This document shows positions 1 through 7,346 of a stretch of DNA of 64,000 bases, one piece after another. How positions within the stretch are numbered: the stretch's first letter is position 1; the number at the start of each line of letters is the position of its first letter. The notes under the pieces were generated by a model. The model worked only from the letters and a program-made list of their open reading frames with translations. It did no database searches and was not told where the DNA came from. A program made the translations under genes and the position numbers. Source of the DNA: Eubacteriales bacterium (lineage in GTDB: Bacteria > Bacillota > Clostridia > Oscillospirales > CAG-272); NCBI GenBank assembly GCA_045587445.1, contig JAZNCH010000036.1, forward strand, positions 41,490-105,489, read 5' to 3'.

Positions 1-441
1 ATTATGAAGATTCAGAACGAGTATGCTCCAAATTATATGATGGATATTATATCTGTTAACTCAAAATCGGGGCTTGCGGGTTCAAATAAGAATTTTGCTT
101 ATGCAGGCAGTAAGTTCGGCGGAATTGGATTAACTCAGAGTTTTGCTCTTGAGCTTGCTCCCTTTAATGTCAAAGTAAACGCTGTATGTCCCGGAAACTT
201 CCTTGACGGACCGTTGTGGTCAGACCCCGAAAAAGGACTTTTTGTTCAATATCTTAATGCAGGTAAGGTTCCCGGTGCGAAAACAGTCGAAGACGTACGA
301 CGTTTCTATGAGAGCAAGGTTCCCATGAACAGAGGTTGCTTGCCAAAAGACGTTGCTTGTGCAATCACTTATCTTGTTGAACAAAAGTATGAAACAGGTC
401 AGGCTCTTCCGGTAACAGGCGGACAGGAAATGCTTAACTGA
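1..441 (+). CDS. srlD: short-chain dehydrogenase/reductase, C-terminal part (sorbitol-6-phosphate dehydrogenase-like); 5' end lies left of the window
   Basis: Frame is open from base 1. The NSKSG..GS..N..Y..SKFGG.GLTQS block (Y-x3-K catalytic pair) and C-terminal TGGQ resemble SrlD/GutD-type SDRs. Confidence 0.7.
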   Translation: MMKIQNEYAPNYMMDIISVNSKSGLAGSNKNFAYAGSKFGGIGLTQSFALELAPFNVKVNAVCPGNFLDGPLWSDPEKGLFVQYLNAGKVPGAKTVEDVRRFYESKVPMNRGCLPKDVACAITYLVEQKYETGQALPVTGGQEMLN

Positions 442-456
442 GGCAGGAGAAAAGTT

Positions 457-1647
457 ATGACTTTAGAACAGCTTAAAATAATAAAAGAAAAAACTGAGAA
501 AGGGGAGCTTGAAGCTCCTCGCGAAACGGTTTATGTGAATAATCATATTCATACAACGTATTCTTTTTCGCCGTATTCGCCAACAAAAGCGTTGTATATG
601 GCTTGGCAGAACGGCTTAAAAACCGCCGGAATAATGGATCACGATTCAGTCGGCGGAGCAAAAGAGTTTCTTGAAGCGGCTGAAGTGATCGGTATGCCTG
701 TAACTTGCGGCGTTGAGTGTCGCGTGGATATGTCGAAAACTGTTTTGGGCGGTAAACGCATTAACAATCCCGATCAAAAAGGTATAGCGTATGTTGCTAT
801 GCATGGAATACCTCATCAAAATATTGATGCAGTACAGGAATTTTTTGCGCCATATCGTGAAAAGAGAAACGTCAGAAACAAAAAAATGTGTGAGAATATA
901 ACAGCATTAGTAGCTCCGTACGGTCTTTCGCTTGATTTTGAAAAAGATGTCTTACCGATTTCAAATTATGCGATAGGAGGTTCTGTAACGGAGAGACATA
1001 TTTTGTTTGCGCTTACTAAAAAAATAACAGCGCGTTATACTACTCCCGAAGCCGTAATAAAGTTTTTATTGGAAGAAATGAGACTTGAGCTTTCCGATAA
1101 GGTATGTAATCAGATACTCGGCGGCAGAGAAACGCCGGATTATTATGAATACGATATATTGGGAGCTTTGAAAAGCAATCTTGTTGAAAAGTTTTATATT
1201 GATGCTACCGATGAGTGCCCGGATGTTAAGGATTTTGTTGAAATGGTGCATAAAAACGGAGGCATTGCGGCTTATGCCTATCTTGGAGATGTGGGCGATT
1301 CTGTAACGGGAGATAAGAAAGCACAAAAATTTGAGGATGATTATCTTGATTTGCTTATAGATGTCTTGAAAGAGATAGGCTTTGATGCAATAACGTATAT
1401 GCCTACCAGAAACACGTTGGAGCAATTACAAAGGCTTATGAAGCTCTGCAAAGACAACGGATTTTTTGAAATAAGCGGAGAAGATATAAATTCTCCCAGA
1501 CAATCGTTTGTTTGTAAAGCCTTAGATGATCCTAATTTCGGTCATTTAATTGATGCTACGTACACGCTTATAAACTATGAAAATTCTGCAACCAAAGATA
1601 TGAAGCAGGCAAAGAAGGATTATTCTTTTATATTTTCAACAAAGTAA
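457..1647 (+). CDS. PHP (polymerase/histidinol-phosphatase) domain metal-dependent phosphoesterase
   Basis: N-terminal HIHTTYS and MDHDS metal-ligand motifs typical of PHP domains. GGAG RBS upstream of the ATG. Confidence 0.65.
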   Translation: MTLEQLKIIKEKTEKGELEAPRETVYVNNHIHTTYSFSPYSPTKALYMAWQNGLKTAGIMDHDSVGGAKEFLEAAEVIGMPVTCGVECRVDMSKTVLGGKRINNPDQKGIAYVAMHGIPHQNIDAVQEFFAPYREKRNVRNKKMCENITALVAPYGLSLDFEKDVLPISNYAIGGSVTERHILFALTKKITARYTTPEAVIKFLLEEMRLELSDKVCNQILGGRETPDYYEYDILGALKSNLVEKFYIDATDECPDVKDFVEMVHKNGGIAAYAYLGDVGDSVTGDKKAQKFEDDYLDLLIDVLKEIGFDAITYMPTRNTLEQLQRLMKLCKDNGFFEISGEDINSPRQSFVCKALDDPNFGHLIDATYTLINYENSATKDMKQAKKDYSFIFSTK

Positions 1648-1760
1648 TAATGCCAAATGATAAGTGGTATAAAAGGTGCAAGAAGATTTTACTTCTATTT
1701 AGCTGTGGAGTAAAATTTATCAAGAGCCTTTAGAAAACGAAGAATAATGCACAAGTGAAA

Positions 1761-1791
1761 ACACCTTCTCTGATGGGAGAGGGTGTTTTTA
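1761..1791 (+). terminator. rho-independent terminator after the PHP gene
   Basis: 10-bp stem ACACCTTCTC/GAGAGGGTGT (one G-U pair), 6-nt loop, then TTTTT. Confidence 0.6.
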
Positions 1792-1964
1792 TTCGTACAA
1801 ACAAAGTCTCGGGCAATTATTGAATTTCCTTTACTGCTGTCATGTATACGTTTTTTTGTACTGTTTGCAGGATGGGCAAAAAACAAGGTGCAAATTTGCT
1901 TTTAATAGTTATAAAATATATTTTTAAAATGTAAAAAAATATGGAGAAATATTTTACTCCGGTA

Positions 1965-1993
1965 TTGACACGGTGGTTAATATGTGGTAGAAT
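1965..1993 (+). promoter_or_regulatory. sigma-A promoter of the giant surface-protein gene
   Basis: TTGACA (1965-1970), 17-nt spacer, TAGAAT (1988-1993), preceded by TGg (extended -10). A second TG-TATAAT lies at 1998-2005. Confidence 0.6.
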
Positions 1994-2174
1994 AAAGTGT
2001 ATAATTTATCATAGTGTACTATACCCTGACGAGAGTGTATTGAATGGTTGAGCTTTCGGTGTGGGGCGGCAAAACGAAACCGTATTTTCCGTTATTGGTT
2101 AGCAGCAACGACGGAAGATTTTATATATAACAATACGGTCAATAAAAAATTTTATTTTATGGAGGGTATATTTT

Positions 2175-5100
2175 ATGAAAAAGTTTTCAAAACTTTTTTG
2201 GGTTGCTTTAGTTGTAGCAGCAGTACTTGCTTGTACAGCTATTGGCGTATTCGCTGCAGAGACTGTGTCTACTGCTGTTGTTTACGGTACATCGACTGAA
2301 GTGGCTGAAAACGAAAACTTTAGTGTTGATTTCGATTTTAGAAACAACAACACTAAGGTTGAATGTGGTAAAATCACATTGACATGGAATTCGAACAAGA
2401 TGACCGCAACAAACATCAGCAAAGCTGATGCGTTGAATGGAGCACAGTTCGGTTTCAAAATCGAAGAGGGTAAAGCTGTTATAGCTTGGGCAGGTTCTAA
2501 TATTACTGCCGCAGAAGGCGAACTCTTTACCGTAGACTTTGCAAACAAGGGCATAGCTAACGATGGTTATGCAACAGTTGACATTACTGTTGACAACTTT
2601 GGTTACACAGAAGGCTTTGTTGCAAAGGAATTGAAGAAGGACGTTAAGGCTAATACCGTTTTTGCTACAGGCGAAGGATTTTCCGGTGATATGCCTTATA
2701 ACGGAACTGATCCTGTTGAGTTCTTGAACGGTGCACTTGAATATGCAGCTACAACAGGGCTGGACGTAAATGTTACTGTAAATTCTGAAATGGCATTTAC
2801 GCAGGATGCTACAATTGGTAATGCTGAAACATACACAGAAGAGGCAGGTACGGTTTATATTTCCGCAACTCTCGGACAAGACGGAGAGCCTGTTACCGGC
2901 ATAAAGATTTATGCTGACGTTATTGTTGATTTCTATGGTAAAGTAAACTTCAACAATATCTTAATTGGTAACACACAGTATAAATATGGTGAAACGCCTG
3001 CTACAACTCCCGAAGAGTTTAATAGCACAGAGAATAAGATTAAGATGCAGGATATTAATACCGGTGGTTGTCTCCAGTTTACAAAGGGTATGGGTACTTT
3101 TGGTCATGCATATAATGAAAGTACGGGCTATGGTTATATTGATATATATCCCGATACATACGCTCTTAAAGTAAGTGCTGACGGTCAAACATTAGAAACA
3201 TATAGTGAGACTTACGCTATTCATCTTGCAGGTCACGTTACAACTTATACAGGTTACTATTATACTGCAACAGGTAACTACTACGACAGTAACGTTACTG
3301 TAGAGACACCTGAGCTTATAATTCGTGGTAATTCAACAGTTACCAGAGTTTTCGGCGGTGTGTGTTATGCAAAAAACAACCCCTTGAGTGGACCTACAAA
3401 CATAGACATTCTTGATGGCGCTAAAGTATCGGAGAATTTGAGAGGCGGAAGCTTTAATGCTCCTACGCATGTAAACGGTGTTGATATTGAAATTAATACA
3501 ACGGGTAGTGTAAAAAATTTCGTTTTGGGACACGAACAAGAAAACGTTGAAACAAATTACAATAACGTTGAATATAAAGTAACTATAATTAAAGGAACTA
3601 TTGGTGAAGCCACCAGCGGTTTTTGTGGTTACAAAGCTAAGGCCGGTACCGCAAGAAATTGTAACTTTGTATATGACATTCAGGGCGGAACCATTCAATC
3701 TTTAGTATGTACAGGAATGTATACCAATAACTCAATGAATTCTATGGCTATTGAGGGTGAAGTGGAGATAAATATATCCGGTGGTATATTTACAAATAAT
3801 GTATATTTGGGAAGCTATCTTAACTACGACTATAAGACTGAACCTACAAATTCACATCAGGTTATAGATAAACTTGTAAGAGATATTGATATTACAGGTG
3901 GTCAGTTCAATGCAAGATTGTACTTTGGTTCGTGTATCAATGCTCCCGACAATTCTAAACACGCGGGTGCTTCCGATATAACAATTACGAATGGTACTTT
4001 CTGTGCTGGTGTATATGGCGGTTCGCGCTTTATGGGTTCTGACGGAGAGCATACCGGTGAAACAACAATCACATTTCAGGGTAAAAACGGAAGTTTGATT
4101 GACTTGCGCGGTAGCCAGGTTGCGGGAGGTTCAACATTCGAATACGAGTATACCGGAGCTAACGGTACCACTAATTGCCAGCGTAACTACCACGTAGGTA
4201 ACACAACTATTTATCTTAAAGATATTGTAAACGCAAATACATTTGGATGGACAGACAATATGAGCATCGTAGGCACATTCTTTGGAGGCTCCATTTTGGA
4301 CGGTGTTACCGGAAGTGCAGACGACAGACATGAGCACAAAGGTCATTCAAAAATTATTGTTCAGAGATCTATAATCGGCGACAATGCAAAAAGATTCTAC
4401 GCGGGTTCCAGACTTGACGGTGACTACAACGTACATAGCGGAAATTCCACGTTTATTGTTGATGCAAATACAGGTTATGATGCAACAACAGGAGAAGAAA
4501 CTCCCGGAGAAAATGGTTGGGCAAGAATCGTCGACTATATATTCGGCGGTTGTCTTGTGAACGGTTATCTTGAAGAAGCATATGCAAAATACACAGATAT
4601 TACAAGTTCAAAGGTAGCTCAGCTTGGTAAGTCTGCAGTTCGACTCATTGGACCTGAAGACTATATTGCTACTGACTATAATCACGCGTTGAATCTTGTA
4701 GCTGGAGTTACTTGTGGCGGTGCTAACCATTATGGTAGCTGGGTTCCAAGACTCCGTCATACCTACGACTCTGAAGTTTATATTGAAAATACAGTAAAGG
4801 GTTATGCAAGATTAGTTGCCGGACCTTACCACAGTAATCGTCCCCCATCAGGCGAAGTTGACCGTGTTCCTACATCAAGAATGATTGTAAACGGAACTTA
4901 CGACAGTGATTATGATGTTTATGCCGGCGGTGAAGTGAATGTTAATAACAAAGAAGCGGCAACATACATTACTAATACTGCCCTTATATTGATGCCCAAA
5001 TCTAATTTGGCAAGAACTCCTTATATTGGTCTGGCTAATATGGGAAATCCCGCTTCACTTACACAACAAGGTGATCAGTTGGTTGAAGTTCATTCCGGAT

Positions 5101-6944
5101 CAGCCGAATTTGGTGATAGCGTATATTCCGGAGTGTCTGATTCCTCTACTCTTGTTGGAGAAAAATGTGTGAAGCTTGTTGGTGAATTTGAAGACCAACA
5201 GTATAATGATAATAAATATTTTATTTACACAAACTACCAGGTAGATTATTATGATCTAACTCAAGCTACTGGATGTCCGGTCATAGAATATTATAAATCA
5301 GGTTCGAGTAACGAGAGATATTATTCTACTATATTTGAGAGAATTATGGGAGGAACTTCTCCGGATAAGTATATTAAATTCGTAGAAGCAGGTGCTACAA
5401 CCTCCAACTATACAGAAATTAAAGTAAGACCCGGTATGAAGTTTGCAGATCTTCTTGCTATAGAAGGTTTGATGTTCCATACTGATTACTCCCTTACCGG
5501 GTATTACCCAAAAGTTCTTGATTACGATTTATTTACAAAATTCGACTACGCTTCTGAATCTCCCAATGCTTTTGAATTTTATCTTGCAAAAGAAGATGGT
5601 ACTGCCGGCGAGAAGATAGAAACAGTTCCCGCAGACCGCAATCAGAAGATCGTAGTTAAGTCAGGCGTAGTTGAGCAAGGCGTTGTTTACTCTAAGGCTT
5701 CGTTGCTCAGCTTTGAAGGCGTCGAAGTAAACGGTACAGTAACAAATGCAGCATCTGACGTAACAGTTCAGCTTATTAGGGACGGTGAAACAGAAGCAGC
5801 ATTCGAAAAAACAGTAACACCTGGAGATGACGGTACTGCAACATATGCAATCGACTTCGTAACCGCAGGCACATACACATTGAAAGTTACATCTGCAGGT
5901 CGCGTACCTTATACAAAGGAAATTACTGTAGCAGCAGCGGCTGTAACAGAAAATGTTGAGCTTGTTAAACCCGTACTTGACGTCAAGTTTGGACACAACG
6001 TTTCATTTGGTAATAGCTTCTCTTTAGTCTACGCAGTTCCTGTTGAGATGCTTGAAGGCTATAGCAACATTCAGCTTGTTGTAGAAAAAGATATATATGA
6101 TGAAAAGATCAGTAACAGTGTAATTGTAGGAACAGAAGTTACCACATTGTCTCCTACTTCCAACAACTATGATGCCGGTGGTAAAATCTGTTACAGATTC
6201 GAATATACTGGTCTATATGCGAGAATGCTAAGCGATGGTATTCGTGCAATATTAAAGGCAGAAAAAGACGGTATAGTATACGAAAGTGCAGTGGATGAAT
6301 ACAACCTTAAGACGTATGCATATAACCAGTTAGATAAATCTAACTCGAATACGTTCAAGAGACTTCTGGTAGATGTATTGAATTACTGTTCAGCAGCGCA
6401 AATTAGAAGCGAGTATAGAATAGATGCACTTGTAAATGCAGACTTAACAGAAACGCATTTGTCTTATTCAACAGGTACGTATAACCCAGTAACAGCAGAG
6501 GCTGATAAAAAGAATACTCTTGAAGTAGGCAAAACTATAGAAACATTCGGAAAGAATATTACATTTGGTAACAGTATTGTGGCAATGTTTGCAATGGATC
6601 TTGGTGCTTATGGCGATGATTTAAGCGGACTTGTGCTTAACATACAATACGTGGATAAGGATGATGTTCCTCAGAATGTCAATATAACAAGCGATAAGTT
6701 TGAATATAGAGAAGATTTAGAAATGCATTGTGCATACTTGGATACCTTGAAAGCGGCTGAACTTAGAAATGTAATGACTATAAAAGTTCTACATAATGGT
6801 GTTCAGGTAAGTGATGAGTTAACGTATAGTGTTGAAGCCTACGTTGCAAAAAAACTTTCATCAACTGACCAACAATTTGTTGACTTGCTAAAAGCTATGA
6901 TGGCTTACAGTGATAGTGCGGTTGCATATTTCTCAGAAAAATAA
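2175..6944 (+). CDS. giant secreted protein (1589 aa): signal peptide, cohesin-like N-terminal module, beta-helix-like GGxF repeat core, Ig-like domain, duplicated C-terminal module
   Basis: Signal peptide MKKFSKLFWVALVVAAVLACTAIGVFA/AE. Repeats ISGGIFTNNVYLGS, ITGGQFNARLYFGS, ITNGTFCAGVYGGS. GGAGGG RBS. No LPXTG, SLH, dockerin or TM anchor seen. Confidence 0.85.
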   Translation: MKKFSKLFWVALVVAAVLACTAIGVFAAETVSTAVVYGTSTEVAENENFSVDFDFRNNNTKVECGKITLTWNSNKMTATNISKADALNGAQFGFKIEEGKAVIAWAGSNITAAEGELFTVDFANKGIANDGYATVDITVDNFGYTEGFVAKELKKDVKANTVFATGEGFSGDMPYNGTDPVEFLNGALEYAATTGLDVNVTVNSEMAFTQDATIGNAETYTEEAGTVYISATLGQDGEPVTGIKIYADVIVDFYGKVNFNNILIGNTQYKYGETPATTPEEFNSTENKIKMQDINTGGCLQFTKGMGTFGHAYNESTGYGYIDIYPDTYALKVSADGQTLETYSETYAIHLAGHVTTYTGYYYTATGNYYDSNVTVETPELIIRGNSTVTRVFGGVCYAKNNPLSGPTNIDILDGAKVSENLRGGSFNAPTHVNGVDIEINTTGSVKNFVLGHEQENVETNYNNVEYKVTIIKGTIGEATSGFCGYKAKAGTARNCNFVYDIQGGTIQSLVCTGMYTNNSMNSMAIEGEVEINISGGIFTNNVYLGSYLNYDYKTEPTNSHQVIDKLVRDIDITGGQFNARLYFGSCINAPDNSKHAGASDITITNGTFCAGVYGGSRFMGSDGEHTGETTITFQGKNGSLIDLRGSQVAGGSTFEYEYTGANGTTNCQRNYHVGNTTIYLKDIVNANTFGWTDNMSIVGTFFGGSILDGVTGSADDRHEHKGHSKIIVQRSIIGDNAKRFYAGSRLDGDYNVHSGNSTFIVDANTGYDATTGEETPGENGWARIVDYIFGGCLVNGYLEEAYAKYTDITSSKVAQLGKSAVRLIGPEDYIATDYNHALNLVAGVTCGGANHYGSWVPRLRHTYDSEVYIENTVKGYARLVAGPYHSNRPPSGEVDRVPTSRMIVNGTYDSDYDVYAGGEVNVNNKEAATYITNTALILMPKSNLARTPYIGLANMGNPASLTQQGDQLVEVHSGSAEFGDSVYSGVSDSSTLVGEKCVKLVGEFEDQQYNDNKYFIYTNYQVDYYDLTQATGCPVIEYYKSGSSNERYYSTIFERIMGGTSPDKYIKFVEAGATTSNYTEIKVRPGMKFADLLAIEGLMFHTDYSLTGYYPKVLDYDLFTKFDYASESPNAFEFYLAKEDGTAGEKIETVPADRNQKIVVKSGVVEQGVVYSKASLLSFEGVEVNGTVTNAASDVTVQLIRDGETEAAFEKTVTPGDDGTATYAIDFVTAGTYTLKVTSAGRVPYTKEITVAAAAVTENVELVKPVLDVKFGHNVSFGNSFSLVYAVPVEMLEGYSNIQLVVEKDIYDEKISNSVIVGTEVTTLSPTSNNYDAGGKICYRFEYTGLYARMLSDGIRAILKAEKDGIVYESAVDEYNLKTYAYNQLDKSNSNTFKRLLVDVLNYCSAAQIRSEYRIDALVNADLTETHLSYSTGTYNPVTAEADKKNTLEVGKTIETFGKNITFGNSIVAMFAMDLGAYGDDLSGLVLNIQYVDKDDVPQNVNITSDKFEYREDLEMHCAYLDTLKAAELRNVMTIKVLHNGVQVSDELTYSVEAYVAKKLSSTDQQFVDLLKAMMAYSDSAVAYFSEK

Positions 6945-7008
6945 TTTAGATTAAATCATTTTATTATATTTCCAACAAGTGCTTAAATTAGACAGGAGGT
7001 GTAGCATT

Positions 7009-7110
7009 ATGAAGGAATTATTTGAAGAACCTATCGTTGAAGTAATTGAAATTAAGAATGATGTTATTTTGACAGGTAGTAATAAAGACGAGGGTGAATG
7101 GGACTGGTAA
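7009..7110 (+). CDS. small ORF, 33 aa, acidic Trp-terminated peptide MKELFEEPIVEVIEIKNDVILTGSNKDEGEWDW
   Basis: AGGAGG (6994-6999) lies 9 nt before the ATG. The ORF sits between the giant gene stop and the terminator at 7194-7226, so it would be co-transcribed. Below the ORF-track size cutoff. Confidence 0.5.
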   Translation: MKELFEEPIVEVIEIKNDVILTGSNKDEGEWDW

Positions 7111-7193
7111 AGTAGATTCAATTGATTTGCCAATACTCCCAAGATAGGTTAGTATTGATTATATAATAGTAATCTATCCCAAACACAAAAACT

Positions 7194-7226
7194 GCTCCCG
7201 AGAGAGAAATCTCTTGGGAGCTTTTT
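7194..7226 (+). terminator. rho-independent terminator of the giant gene / small ORF unit
   Basis: 12-bp perfect stem GCTCCCGAGAGA/TCTCTTGGGAGC, loop GAAA, then TTTTT. Confidence 0.8.
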
Positions 7227-7235
7227 GTGTACAAA

Positions 7236-7268
7236 AGAGAGGATATGGGCGAAGCCCATATCCTCTCT
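7236..7268 (-). terminator. terminator of rnr; member of the GGGCGAAGCCC hairpin family
   Basis: 15-bp stem AGAGAGGATATGGGC/GCCCATATCCTCTCT with loop GAA. On the minus strand it is followed by TTTTGT. Confidence 0.7.
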
Positions 7269-7291
7269 TTGCTTGTATAAAAAATAACGAA

Positions 7292-7339
7292 TTAGTAAAG
7301 TTTTTGAGGGTGTGGAAACTTTTTTCAAAAAGTTCCCAC
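7292..7339 (-). repeat. dispersed 3'-region repeat, copy A (gene-sense form CTTTTTGAAAAAAG-N12-CAAAAACTTTACTA)
   Basis: Plus strand reads TAGTAAAGTTTTTG-AGGGTGTGGAAA-CTTTTTTCAAAAAG-TTCCCACG. Lies immediately downstream of the rnr stop. Near-identical arms at 47975-48031 and 54329-54361. Confidence 0.7.
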
Positions 7340-7346
7340 GAAACAA

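Noticed and set aside
7149-7346. 65-aa minus-strand ORF downstream of rnr
   Set aside because: It spans two terminator hairpins and the dispersed repeat. Its sequence (..REDMGFAHIL..) is simply the translated palindromes.
6945-7346. tmRNA/smpB expected near rnr
   Set aside because: No smpB ORF and no tRNA-Ala-like acceptor/T-arm or tag-reading-frame features are present in the rnr-flanking regions. The region is explained by the small ORF, two terminators and the dispersed repeat.
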